Positions 10,392-20,952 of a stretch of 26,840 nt of DNA are shown in pieces (position 1 is the stretch's first letter; every line of letters starts with the position of its first letter). This DNA comes from Gemmatimonadota bacterium (GTDB lineage: Bacteria > Gemmatimonadota > Gemmatimonadetes > Gemmatimonadales > Gemmatimonadaceae): NCBI GenBank assembly GCA_031372565.1, contig JANMLN010000116.1, positions 1 through 26,840 of the forward strand, read 5' to 3'. The notes beneath the pieces are model-generated. The model was not told the origin of the DNA and ran no database searches. It worked only from the letters and a program-made list of their open reading frames with translations. Both the position numbers and the translations under genes were made by a program.

Positions 10392-11147
10392 TCACGGGTG
10401 GCTGGCGACGATCGAGCTCCACCCGTCGGCTTCAAGGCTCGCGCCACCGACCAACAGGCCGTCAACGTTCTCGGCGGCGAGCAGGGTGGCCGCGTTCCCC
10501 TTGTTGGCGCTGCCGCCGTACAGAATCGCGATCGCGTGCGCCCGCTCGCCGAGTCGCGACGTGAGGTGGGTGCGGATCACGCCGTGCATCGCGGCCGCGT
10601 CGGCGGGGGTCGCCGTCTTCCCGGTCCCGATCGCCCACACGGGCTCGTAGGCGATCAGCATGCTGGCGATCGTGCCGGGCTCAAGCTCCGAGAGCCCGAC
10701 GCGCAACTGCTCCAGCACCACCGTCTCGGCCTCGCCCGCCTCGCGCTGCGGCAGCAACTCGCCGACGCAGAGCACGGGGGTCAGTCCGGCCCGCACGGCG
10801 GCCGCGCACTTCTTGGCCTGCATGGTGTCGGTCTCGCCGAAGACATGGCGCCGCTCCGAGTGTCCCACGAGCACGAAGCGCGCGCCGGCATCCCGTGCCA
10901 TCGCCGCGGAGCTTTCGCCCGTGAACGCCCCCTTGTCCTCCAGGTAGATGTTCTGCACGCCCAGGAGCACGTCCGTGCGCTCACGGCACGCCTCGGCCAC
11001 GGCGCTGAACGCGAGGGCGCTCGGGAAGAACATCACCGTCCGATCATTGCGACGCGGCGAGAGCGTGAGAAAGCGGCGCATGAACTCGCGGGCCTCGGTG
11101 GGGCCGTGGTTCATCTTCCAATTGGCGGCAAACACGGGGTGTTGCAT
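10392..11147 (-). CDS. tpiA: Triosephosphate isomerase
   Basis: ANWKMN, GAFTGE, GHSERR, AYEPVWAIGTG, LYGGS, LVGGASL. Confidence 0.97.
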   Translation of the reverse strand: MQHPVFAANWKMNHGPTEAREFMRRFLTLSPRRNDRTVMFFPSALAFSAVAEACRERTDVLLGVQNIYLEDKGAFTGESSAAMARDAGARFVLVGHSERRHVFGETDTMQAKKCAAAVRAGLTPVLCVGELLPQREAGEAETVVLEQLRVGLSELEPGTIASMLIAYEPVWAIGTGKTATPADAAAMHGVIRTHLTSRLGERAHAIAILYGGSANKGNAATLLAAENVDGLLVGGASLEADGWSSIVASHP

Positions 11148-11159
11148 GCGGAATCCGGT

Positions 11160-12359
11160 TTAGGCGGGACGTTCGTCGAGGATCGCGACCCCGGGGAGCA
11201 CCTTGCCCTCGAGGAATTCGAGTGAGGCGCCACCGCCGGTCGACACATGGCTCATGTCGCCGTCGAGCCCCGCCTGCGCCACGGCGGCCGCCGAGTCGCC
11301 GCCGCCAACGATGGTGGTGACCCCTTTGTGCGTCGCGGCGGCCATCGCCTTGGCCACGGCGAGCGTGCCGGCATCGAGGGGCGGCTTCTCGAAGACGCCC
11401 ATCGGTCCATTCCACACCACGGTCTTGGCCGATGCGATGGCGCGCGCGTAGCTCGCTGCCGTCTCGGGGCCGATATCGAGCATCGCCTCGTCTGCCGGGA
11501 TCTGGTCCTTCCGCACCGCGTGGGCCTTGGCCGCCTCGGCGATCGACGGGGCGACGGTGGCATCGTGCGGAAGAATGAGGATCGAGCCGGCCTTCTCGAT
11601 CAGCGCCTTGGCCATCTCCACGCGATCCGGCTCGACGAGTGACGTCCCCGTTTCGAGTCCCATGGCGCGGTAGAACGTGCAGGCCATCGCGCCACCGACG
11701 AGCAGCGCATCCACCTTGGGCAGCAGCGCTTCGATCACGTCGATCTTGCCCGAGATCTTGGAGCCGCCCAGGATGGCCACGAACGGGCGCTTCGGCGTGT
11801 CGAGCGCATGACCGAGGTAGTCGAGTTCCTTCTGCATCAGGAGCCCGGCAACCGCCGGCTTGAGATGTCGTGCGACCCCTTCCGTGGAGGCATGCGCACG
11901 GTGCGCCGTCCCGAACGCATCGTTCACGTAGAAGTCACCCAGGCGCGCCATCTCGACGGCCAGCGCATCGTCGTTGCGCTCTTCGCCGCCGAGGAAGCGC
12001 GTGTTCTCGAGCAGCAACACGCTGCCGTTGGCCAGCGCGTGCGTGGCCGCCACCGCGGCATCGCCGATCGTGTCGCCGAGGAAGTGGACGGGAAATGGAG
12101 CCAGCTCCTTGAGCCGCGCAGCAACCGGGGCGAGGGAGTACTTGGCCTCGGGGGCGCCCTTGGGGCGGCCGAGGTGCGAGAGCAGCACCACCTTGGCGCC
12201 TCCCTTCGCGAGGGCCGCGAGCGTCGGCAGGGCCGCCGTGATCCGCGTGTCGTCGGTCACGCGGCTCCCGTCGAGCGGCACGTTGAAGTCCACGCGCACG
12301 AGGGCGCGACGCCCCGTGAGCTGCGCGGGCGTGAGATCGGCGATGGTGAGCTTGGGCAT
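11160..12359 (-). CDS. pgk: Phosphoglycerate kinase
   Basis: RVDFNVP, SHLGRP, LENTRF, NDAFGTAHRAHAS, GGSKISGKI, WNGPMGVFE, STGGGASLEFLEG. Start at ATG 12359. Confidence 0.96.
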   Translation of the reverse strand: MPKLTIADLTPAQLTGRRALVRVDFNVPLDGSRVTDDTRITAALPTLAALAKGGAKVVLLSHLGRPKGAPEAKYSLAPVAARLKELAPFPVHFLGDTIGDAAVAATHALANGSVLLLENTRFLGGEERNDDALAVEMARLGDFYVNDAFGTAHRAHASTEGVARHLKPAVAGLLMQKELDYLGHALDTPKRPFVAILGGSKISGKIDVIEALLPKVDALLVGGAMACTFYRAMGLETGTSLVEPDRVEMAKALIEKAGSILILPHDATVAPSIAEAAKAHAVRKDQIPADEAMLDIGPETAASYARAIASAKTVVWNGPMGVFEKPPLDAGTLAVAKAMAAATHKGVTTIVGGGDSAAAVAQAGLDGDMSHVSTGGGASLEFLEGKVLPGVAILDERPA

Positions 12360-12367
12360 CGAGGCGG

Positions 12368-13653
<1,286 letters not shown>

Positions 13654-14451
13654 TCAGGAAGCGAATCGGTCCCGGAGCGCCCGGGCCCGTCCAAAGGTCA
13701 CGTAGCTGACGATGCGCACGCCGGACGCGACGAGCGCGTCGGCACACGCGTTGAGCGTGGCGGCGGTCGTGACGACATCGTCCACGAGCATCACGTGCGC
13801 GCCGCGCAGCTCCGCGCGTCGAGAATCAGGCGACACGAAGCAGCCCTTAACATTGCCAGATCGGTCGATGGGGGTCAACCGCGTTTGACTCGCCGCGCGC
13901 GTCCCGCCACGCGTGCGGCGCAATAGGTCGGTGCGGAGGGGAATCCCCCACCACGGCGCCAAGGCGGCGGCGAGCACCTCGGCCTGGTTGAAACCGCGGG
14001 CACGCGCCCGGTCCGGTGCCAGTGGCACCGGCACCACCCAGCGGCGCTCACGTGCCACGTCGGCCGGCCACGCCAAGCGCGCCATCCGCTCCGCCATGCC
14101 GTGGGCCGCGGCGTGCCAGCCGCGGTACTTGAGCGCGTGCACGATCGCGCTTCCCGATCCGCCGTCGCCCACCCAGCACCACGAGCGCGCCGACCGCACG
14201 TGCGGCGGCAGCAGCTCGCACCAGGCGCACGCCACCGTCCCGGGCACCCGCGGATGTCCGCAGCGGTCGCACTGGAGGGCGCTGAGCGGCGCGCATCGGC
14301 TCCAGCACGCGCCGCACACGATGCCGCTCTCGTGCGCGCCCAGCGCGCGCTGACAGGCCGCGCACGCCAACGGAAAGGCGAATGCGACGGTGGCCTCCCA
14401 TGCGCGCGCGAGGGAGGCCGGCACGCGGTTCGGCGCGTCCGCGTGGCTCAC
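13654..14451 (-). CDS. comF: ComF family protein (double zinc ribbon + PRTase domain)
   Basis: Four CxxC pairs, ALKY, VPVPL, RGFNQA, LVDDVVTT PRPP loop. Confidence 0.88.
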   Translation of the reverse strand: MSHADAPNRVPASLARAWEATVAFAFPLACAACQRALGAHESGIVCGACWSRCAPLSALQCDRCGHPRVPGTVACAWCELLPPHVRSARSWCWVGDGGSGSAIVHALKYRGWHAAAHGMAERMARLAWPADVARERRWVVPVPLAPDRARARGFNQAEVLAAALAPWWGIPLRTDLLRRTRGGTRAASQTRLTPIDRSGNVKGCFVSPDSRRAELRGAHVMLVDDVVTTAATLNACADALVASGVRIVSYVTFGRARALRDRFAS

Positions 14452-14458
14452 GGGGGGG

Positions 14459-15268
14459 TCACGCGAGGCTCGCGCGCATGACGTCGCGATCCGGCGCCAC
14501 GCCGAACCAGCGCTCGAACGCCAGGGCGCCCTGCGCCAGCAGCATCGGTAGCCCGTCGAGCGCCAGATGCCCCCGGACGCCGCCGGTGCGCACCCACGCC
14601 GTACCGCCGCGGCGATACACGAGGTCGAGCAGTGACGTTCCCGGGGCGAGGAGCTCGAAGGGCACGGGCAGGTCGTCGGTCGTCATCCCGATGGTGGTCG
14701 CGTTGATCACCAGCGCCGCGCCCCGCACCGCATCGACGAGGTCGGCCACGGGCTCGATGGTTCCGTCGAAACGCTGGCTGAGCGCACGTGCCTGCGCGGG
14801 ACGCCGACTCCAGCACCGCATCGGTCCCCCGCTCCAGCGCTCGGCGGCGGCGCACACGGCTGCTGCCGCCCCTCCCGCGCCCAACACCGTGACGCGCGTC
14901 CGGTGGGGCGAGGCGCCGAGCAGCTGCTCCACGGCCGCTTGTACGCCGCCCACGTCGGTGTTGTCGCCCACGAGGCCGCCATCTGCTCGCGTCCAGAAGG
15001 TGTTGACCGCGCCCACGCGCTCGGCGAGCGGCGTGCGCTCGGCGCACAGGGGGGCGAAGGCGAGCTTGTGCGGCACGGTGACGTTACCCGCCCCGCCAAT
15101 GGCGGCGAGTTGTGCGGTGGTCACGGCGAGCGCGTGCGGCTCGACATCAAGCGCTTCGTACGTCAGCGGGAACGCGGCGGCCCGGAGCGCCGCGTTCTGG
15201 AAGCGCGGCGAGAGCGAGTGCGCCACCGGGTGCCCCAGCAGCACGAGCCGCCCGGGCAACACTCTCAC
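14459..15268 (-). CDS. aroE: Shikimate dehydrogenase
   Basis: GHPVAHSLSP, NVTVPHK, GAVNT, NTDVGG, GAGGAA, NATTIG, DLVY, GLPMLLAQG. Confidence 0.92.
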   Translation of the reverse strand: MRVLPGRLVLLGHPVAHSLSPRFQNAALRAAAFPLTYEALDVEPHALAVTTAQLAAIGGAGNVTVPHKLAFAPLCAERTPLAERVGAVNTFWTRADGGLVGDNTDVGGVQAAVEQLLGASPHRTRVTVLGAGGAAAAVCAAAERWSGGPMRCWSRRPAQARALSQRFDGTIEPVADLVDAVRGAALVINATTIGMTTDDLPVPFELLAPGTSLLDLVYRRGGTAWVRTGGVRGHLALDGLPMLLAQGALAFERWFGVAPDRDVMRASLA

Positions 15269-15732
15269 GGATTCGTCTCGCGCTCGGGGAGCGCGCGGTC
15301 GAGCGCATCGCGCACCTGCCGGTCCAGCTCCGCCCAGGTGGAGCGGTAGACGTCGAGGTCACCGCCGAACGGATCGCTCACCGGCGCGCGTGACGCGCCG
15401 CGCGAGGCATACTCGGTGAGCAAGAAGCTCTTCCCTTCTCCCCCCATGGCTTCAGCGGCGTCGACATGATGCGGCCCCATGGCCAGGATCACGTCGGCCT
15501 CGCGCACCAGATCGCGCGTGAGCACGCGCGCGCGGTGCGGGCTCAGATCGAGATCATGCTCGAGGCCGACGAGCAACGAGCCATCCGAGGCGCTTGCCCC
15601 ACCCCACGCCGATGTCCCGGCGCTCGCCACGGTGACGTCGCGCTGACCGCGCTCGAGGAGGACTGCGCGCGCGATGGCCTCGGCCAGCGGGCTTCGGCAG
15701 GTGTTGCCCGTGCAGACGAAGAGCACGTGCAT
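15265..15732 (-). CDS. Low-molecular-weight protein phosphatase, YwlE-like (probable arginine phosphatase)
   Basis: VLFVCTGNTCRSPLAE P-loop, SAGT, DPFGG. ATG 15732 overlaps the tsaC stop (TGATG). Confidence 0.88.
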   Translation of the reverse strand: MHVLFVCTGNTCRSPLAEAIARAVLLERGQRDVTVASAGTSAWGGASASDGSLLVGLEHDLDLSPHRARVLTRDLVREADVILAMGPHHVDAAEAMGGEGKSFLLTEYASRGASRAPVSDPFGGDLDVYRSTWAELDRQVRDALDRALPERETNP

Positions 15733-16403
15733 CAGGCGTCTCCGACCAGTTCGGGGACCGTCTCGCGCAGGATGGCCGCGGAAATCGCGCCGGGGCGAAT
15801 CACGCGCGGGCGACGACCCATGCAATCGACCACGGTCGACGGGAGTGAAGGTTCGAGGCGTCCGCCATCGAGGACGCGCAGGGTGCCGCGCGCCACGGCC
15901 GGACCCCATTGCTGCACAATCTCGGAGGCCGAGACGGCGGGAGGAAGACCGGGCAGATTCGCGCTCGTGCTCGTGATCGCATCACCGAAGGCGCGGATCA
16001 TGCGCGACAGCGCTTCGTGCGGCGTCCAGCGCACCGCCACGCCGCCCTCGGGGCCCCGCAGGCGCGCGGGCACACGGTGCGCGCCGCCCGGCAGCACGAG
16101 CGTGAGCGGACCGGGCCAGTGGCGCGCCGCGAGTCGCGAGGCGGCGGGCGTGAGAGTCAGCCCAAGCCGCGCGAGCATGTCGCTCCCCGCAATGAGCAAC
16201 AGGAACGGCTTGGCCGGCGGGCGCCGCTTGAGCGTGACCAGCGACTCGACCGCTTGATGCTCGGCGCTCGTGCCGAAGCCGTAGAGCGTTTCGGTCGGAT
16301 AGGCGAGAATGCACCCGGCGCGGAGATGGTCGATGGTGCCATCCAGACTCGCGTCGACATCCGCCGCCGACCAGAACGGGATGGAGCGTGGTTCGGCGCT
16401 CAC
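15732..16403 (-). CDS. tsaC: L-threonylcarbamoyladenylate synthase (TsaC/Sua5/YrdC, short form)
   Basis: YPTETLYG, LKRR..KP, WPGPLT, STSAN, STVVD. Confidence 0.9.
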   Translation of the reverse strand: MSAEPRSIPFWSAADVDASLDGTIDHLRAGCILAYPTETLYGFGTSAEHQAVESLVTLKRRPPAKPFLLLIAGSDMLARLGLTLTPAASRLAARHWPGPLTLVLPGGAHRVPARLRGPEGGVAVRWTPHEALSRMIRAFGDAITSTSANLPGLPPAVSASEIVQQWGPAVARGTLRVLDGGRLEPSLPSTVVDCMGRRPRVIRPGAISAAILRETVPELVGDA

Positions 16404-17104
16404 TCGGGACCGTCGGCGAGCGCTGCGGCGCGATCGAAGTCCGCTTCCTCGGTCACCTTGAGCGCCTTCTCGCTGCCGCGCACGATGTGCACCGGGAGGC
16501 CGAGTCGTTCGCAGAGTGCGGCATCGTCCGTGGCGATGATCCCCTCACGCTTGGCGGCACGATGCGCGTCGAGCAACATGTCCTTGGGAAAGCCCTGCGG
16601 CGTCTGCGCCCGGAAGAGCCCCTCGCGCGACACGGTGTCGGTCACGCGACCGTCGGCATCCACGCGCTTGAGCGTGTCCGTGACGGGGAGCGCCGGAATG
16701 ACGGCGACGCCGCTTCGCGCCTTGTCGATGACGCGCGCCACCATCGCGTCGGTCACGAGGGGGCGCGCCGCGTCGTGCACGAGAATCACGGTCGCTTCGT
16801 CGGGGACGTCGCCCAAGCCATTCCACACCGAGTCAGCGCGCTCCCGGCCGCCGTGCGCGATGAGCAGGCGTTCGGTGTCGCACTGGAAGAGCCAGGGCGG
16901 CGGATCGCCCGCGTAGCGCTGCGGCAGCACGACAATCACGACGCCGACGTCGCTGCGCTTCTGGAATGTTTGCACCGAGTGCAGCAGCATCGGCTTGCCG
17001 GCCACCCAACGGAACTGCTTGAGTTCGGTGCCTCCCACGCGCGAGCCGCTGCCGGCGGCCACGATGATGACGGCCACATCCGGGATGAGGGTCGCGCCGC
17101 TCAC
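16400..17104 (-). CDS. ispD: 2-C-methyl-D-erythritol 4-phosphate cytidylyltransferase
   Basis: AAGSGSRVG..KQF, GGRERADSV, VHDAARP, DTLK, AQTPQGF, TDDA, KVT. Confidence 0.94.
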   Translation of the reverse strand: MSGATLIPDVAVIIVAAGSGSRVGGTELKQFRWVAGKPMLLHSVQTFQKRSDVGVVIVVLPQRYAGDPPPWLFQCDTERLLIAHGGRERADSVWNGLGDVPDEATVILVHDAARPLVTDAMVARVIDKARSGVAVIPALPVTDTLKRVDADGRVTDTVSREGLFRAQTPQGFPKDMLLDAHRAAKREGIIATDDAALCERLGLPVHIVRGSEKALKVTEEADFDRAAALADGPE

Positions 17105-18495
17105 GCGAACACCTGCTGGAACAGGTCACCCACGGTGCGCACCGGATGCGCCTTGATCCCGGCCGGGATCTGGCGCGGCACGCCGCGTTCGGCCAGCCAG
17201 GCGTGCTTGAGTCCCATGCGCGCCGCTTCGGCGAGTCGCCGTTCGGCCTGCGACACCGGGCGGATCTCGCCGCCGAGCCCGAGTTCCCCGAGGAACACGT
17301 GATCGCGCGACAGCGCCTTGTCGTAGAGCGAACTCGCGAGCGCGGCCGCGACGGCCAGGTCACCCGCGGGTTCTCCCAAGCGCACGCCGCCGACCACGTT
17401 CAGGAAGACATCGAGTGGTGCGAACGACAGTCCGGCGCGCTTGTCGAGCACGGCCAGCAGGAGCGAGAGGCGGCGCCCGTCGAAGCCGGTGGCGACGCGC
17501 TGCGGCGTGCCGTACCCCGCCTTGGCGGCCAGCGCCTGCACTTCCACGAGCACCGGTCGCGTCCCTTCGAGCAGCGCGGCCACCGCCGATCCTGACGCGC
17601 GCGCGTCCCGATCGCCCATGAACAGTTCACTCGGGTTCGCCACGGCCACGAGGCCGCCCTGCGTCATGCGAAACACGCCGATCTCGTCCACAGGACCGAA
17701 GCGATTCTTCGTCGCGCGCAGCACGCGGTGGTCGAGCGTGCCATCGCCCTCGAAGTAGAGCACGGTGTCGACGATGTGCTCGAGCGTCTTGGGGCCGGCG
17801 ATGCCACCGCCCTTGGTCACGTGCCCGACGAGGAAGACGGTGATCCCCGTTTCCTTGGCCAGCCGCATGAGCCGCGCGGCACACTCCCGCACCTGCCCGA
17901 CGTTGCCCGGCGCGCCTTCGAGCTCCTGCGTGAACACGGTCTGGATCGAGTCCACGACCATCGCGGCCGGCTGGAGTTCGAGGGCGGTGGCCATGATCGT
18001 CTCGAGCAACGTCTCGCCCAGCAGTGAGACGTCACCGGCATGCGCCTCCAGCCGATCGGCGCGGAGACGTACCTGCAAGGGGGATTCTTCTCCGCTCACG
18101 TAGAGCGTGGGCTTCCCGGATGATTCGAGGAGCGCGGCGACCTGCAGCAGCAGCGTCGACTTGCCGATACCGGGCTCGCCGCCGACGAGCACCACGGAGC
18201 CCGGCACGATGCCGCCGCCGAGCACGAAGTCGAACTCGCCGAGTCCGGTGCGCCACCGATCGGTTTCGGCGCCGACGACATCGCGCAGGCGCGGCGCGCG
18301 CACCGCCACGCCGCCGGAGGCGAACCCCTTGGAGCCGCCGGCGCGCTTCGCACCCTTGGACCCCGACGACGCGGAGGCCGCGACCGGCTCCTCAACGAGC
18401 GTATTCCACTCGCCGCACGATTCGCAGCGCCCGATCCACTTGGGAAACGACGTGCCGCACTCGGTGCAGCGGTACGCCGACTTGGCGCGGGCCAT
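17101..18495 (-). CDS. radA: DNA repair protein RadA/Sms
   Basis: CTEC..CESC zinc finger, GEPGIGKST, DSIQ, KNRFG, Lon-like C-terminal domain. ATG 18495 overlaps the dnaB stop; GTG 18498 is an alternative start. Confidence 0.96.
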   Translation of the reverse strand: MARAKSAYRCTECGTSFPKWIGRCESCGEWNTLVEEPVAASASSGSKGAKRAGGSKGFASGGVAVRAPRLRDVVGAETDRWRTGLGEFDFVLGGGIVPGSVVLVGGEPGIGKSTLLLQVAALLESSGKPTLYVSGEESPLQVRLRADRLEAHAGDVSLLGETLLETIMATALELQPAAMVVDSIQTVFTQELEGAPGNVGQVRECAARLMRLAKETGITVFLVGHVTKGGGIAGPKTLEHIVDTVLYFEGDGTLDHRVLRATKNRFGPVDEIGVFRMTQGGLVAVANPSELFMGDRDARASGSAVAALLEGTRPVLVEVQALAAKAGYGTPQRVATGFDGRRLSLLLAVLDKRAGLSFAPLDVFLNVVGGVRLGEPAGDLAVAAALASSLYDKALSRDHVFLGELGLGGEIRPVSQAERRLAEAARMGLKHAWLAERGVPRQIPAGIKAHPVRTVGDLFQQVFA

Positions 18496-19940
18496 CACGC
18501 CTCCGCGCCGCTCGCCGCAGGCACCGCGCCGCGTTGGGTGCGGTTGTCGAAGCGGGTGTACTGCTTGTGGAAGAAGAGGTCCACCGAGCCGGTCGGGCCG
18601 TTGCGTTGCTTGAGGATCAGCACCTCAGCGTGTCCGTCGATCACCTGCCCGTCCTTGTCGCGCGCCACCCCGGTCGCGTCGCGCTCGGCGTAGTAGTCGG
18701 GACGGTACAGGCCCATCACGACGTCGGCGTCCTGCTCGATGGCGCCCGACTCGCGGAGGTCGGAGAGCTGCGGACGACCGCGCGATTCGCCGGTGCGCTG
18801 CTCGGGGGCACGCGAGAGCTGCGACAGCGCCACGACCGGCACCTGCAGCTCCTTGGCCAGCGCCTTGAGCGAGCGCGAGATCGAGCTGATCTCCTGCTGC
18901 CGGTTCTCCGACGAGGCCGGGCCCTGGATGAGCTGGAGATAGTCGATGATGATGAGGCCCAGGCCCGACTCGGCCTTGAGGCGGCGCGCGCGTGACCGCA
19001 TCTCGAGCAACGTGATGCCCGACGCGTCGTCGATGTAGATGGGGGCGTTGTTGAGGATGCCGACCGCCCGCGCAATGCGCGGCATGTCGTCGTCCCGCAA
19101 CATGCCCCGGCGGATCTTCTGCGCGTCGACGCGCGCCTCGGATGAGATGATGCGCTCCATGAGCGAATCTCTACTCATTTCGAGGCTGAAGAACGCTACC
19201 GGAATATTGCGCTCCAGTGCCGCGTATTGCGCAATGTTGAGCACGAAGGCCGTTTTGCCCATCGACGGGCGCGCCGCGACGATGATCATTTCCGACGGCT
19301 GGAAGCCGGACGTCATCTCGTCGAGGTCCTTGAACCCCGACGGCACGCCGGTGATCGCCTGCCCACCCTGCTGGAGCTTCTCGATGCGCTCCATCGTGGG
19401 CCAGAGCAGCTCCTTGATGCGCACGAAGCCGCCGGTGCCCTGTGCTTGCGAGACCTGGAAGATCTTCTGCTCGGCGTCGTCGAGCAGTTCTGCCGCGGTG
19501 AGCTTCGCTTCGAAGGCCTCGCCGACGATGGCGGTGGAGACCTCGATGAGGCGCCGCAGCAGCGCCTTCTCGCGGACGATGCGCGCGTGGTACTCGGTGT
19601 TCGACGCGGTGGGGACGGCGTCGAGCAGCGAGGCCATGTAGTCCTTGCCGCCGGCCAGTGCCAGATCACCGCGTCGTTCGAGCTCATCGGCGAGCGTGAG
19701 CGGATCGATGACCGCCCCCCGCTCCGTCAGCGCGATCATCGCGCGATAGATGCGGCGGTGCCCCTCCTGATAGAACATGCTGTCATCCAGCAGCTCGGTG
19801 GCGCGGAGCACCGCGTCGGCATCGAGCAGCATGGCGGCCAGCACCGCGCGCTCCGCATCAGGCGACCAGGGCGCCTTGCGGTCGCGATAGGGGTCACGCG
19901 CCGGCGGCGCGATCGAGAATTCGACGGGCGAGCTGGACAT
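18495..19940 (-). CDS. dnaB: Replicative DNA helicase
   Basis: AERAVLAAML, AARPSMGKT, FSLEMS, IDYLQL, LSQLSR, SDLRESGAIEQDAD, KQRNGPTG. No intein seen. Confidence 0.97.
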   Translation of the reverse strand: MSSSPVEFSIAPPARDPYRDRKAPWSPDAERAVLAAMLLDADAVLRATELLDDSMFYQEGHRRIYRAMIALTERGAVIDPLTLADELERRGDLALAGGKDYMASLLDAVPTASNTEYHARIVREKALLRRLIEVSTAIVGEAFEAKLTAAELLDDAEQKIFQVSQAQGTGGFVRIKELLWPTMERIEKLQQGGQAITGVPSGFKDLDEMTSGFQPSEMIIVAARPSMGKTAFVLNIAQYAALERNIPVAFFSLEMSRDSLMERIISSEARVDAQKIRRGMLRDDDMPRIARAVGILNNAPIYIDDASGITLLEMRSRARRLKAESGLGLIIIDYLQLIQGPASSENRQQEISSISRSLKALAKELQVPVVALSQLSRAPEQRTGESRGRPQLSDLRESGAIEQDADVVMGLYRPDYYAERDATGVARDKDGQVIDGHAEVLILKQRNGPTGSVDLFFHKQYTRFDNRTQRGAVPAASGAEA

Positions 19941-20952
19941 CTTCCCAGGTTGGGCGCTTCCACGCCGGATTTCGGAGGAGCGCCGCGGGATGGTAGGTCG
20001 CGATCAGGGGCACCCCGTAATATCGGTGCACCTGGCCGCGCAACTTGCCGATCGGCGTCTTGGTCTCGAGCAGAGTCTGGGCAGCGAAGGTGCCAAGGGC
20101 GACAATCACCTTCGGGCGCAGCAGTTCAATTTGCCTGCGGAGAAACGGGGAGCAAGCGGTGATTTCGTCCGCAGCCGGATTTCGGTTGTTCGGCGGCCGG
20201 TGCTTGATCACATTGCAGATGTAGACGTCCTCGCGCGTCAGGTCGATGGCGGCAAGGATCTTGGTCAGCAACTGGCCGGATTGCCCGACGAACGGTCGAC
20301 CGGACTCGTCCTCGTTCTGTCCCGGTGCCTCGCCCACGAGCACGAAGTCGGCGCTGGGATTCCCTTCGCCTGGCACGGCGTTCTTGGCGTCCTTGGCCAG
20401 GCCGCAGGCGCGGCAGGCGCGCACCAGCTCGGCGATCGCGTCGAGCGACGTGACCGAGTCGAGCGCCCCGCCAAAGAGGACGCGTTCGCTGGTGCCGACG
20501 ACGATGCCCTCCGGGGCGTTCTCGAGCGTGAGCGAGGAGGTGTCGGGATCGGCGGGACCGGCGAGCGGAGCGGTGGGCGAAGGGTCCGGAGCGCGCCGCG
20601 TGGCCATTGCGGCAGCGGGTGGCGCAGCGGGGGGCGCAACCGGTGGTGGAACCGATGGCTCAGCGATTGGCGCGGTCTGCGACGTCGTCGCTGGCGCCGC
20701 CTTTCCGAGCACCTTCCGCCAATCGCCCTCGGAGACCCCCGGGGCCTCAGCCCCCGCGGCGCTCGCGGGCGCAGCGGTCGATTCGCCTGGCAGCGCCTCG
20801 CGCGTGCGCGCGGTCGTGGTGCGCGCTGCACCGCTGACTGCCCCCATCATGCGCAGCACGTCATCCACCGCGAGCCCGTCGAGCACGAGGTCGCTTTCGC
20901 CCATGTCACGGCGCTGCTCGAGGTATCGCCGCAGCTGCTCCTTAGCGTCCAC
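19894..20952 (-). CDS. Family 4 uracil-DNA glycosylase with long N-terminal extension
   Basis: CRAC, VGEAPG..E..GRPFVG, NVIKHRPP..NRNP..EITAC, TYHPAALLR. Start inferred at GTG 20952, overlapping the coaBC stop. Confidence 0.9.
   Translation of the reverse strand: MDAKEQLRRYLEQRRDMGESDLVLDGLAVDDVLRMMGAVSGAARTTTARTREALPGESTAAPASAAGAEAPGVSEGDWRKVLGKAAPATTSQTAPIAEPSVPPPVAPPAAPPAAAMATRRAPDPSPTAPLAGPADPDTSSLTLENAPEGIVVGTSERVLFGGALDSVTSLDAIAELVRACRACGLAKDAKNAVPGEGNPSADFVLVGEAPGQNEDESGRPFVGQSGQLLTKILAAIDLTREDVYICNVIKHRPPNNRNPAADEITACSPFLRRQIELLRPKVIVALGTFAAQTLLETKTPIGKLRGQVHRYYGVPLIATYHPAALLRNPAWKRPTWEDVQLARRILDRAAGA

Noticed and set aside
13654..14451. comF as evidence of natural competence
   Set aside because: ComF homologs are widespread in non-competent bacteria, and no other uptake genes are in the window.
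19165..19260. Locally AT-richer codons inside dnaB (also gmk ~22540-22560) as a possible insertion or internal promoter
   Set aside because: The protein is collinear with its family, with no intein or insert, and I found no convincing -35/-10 pair.
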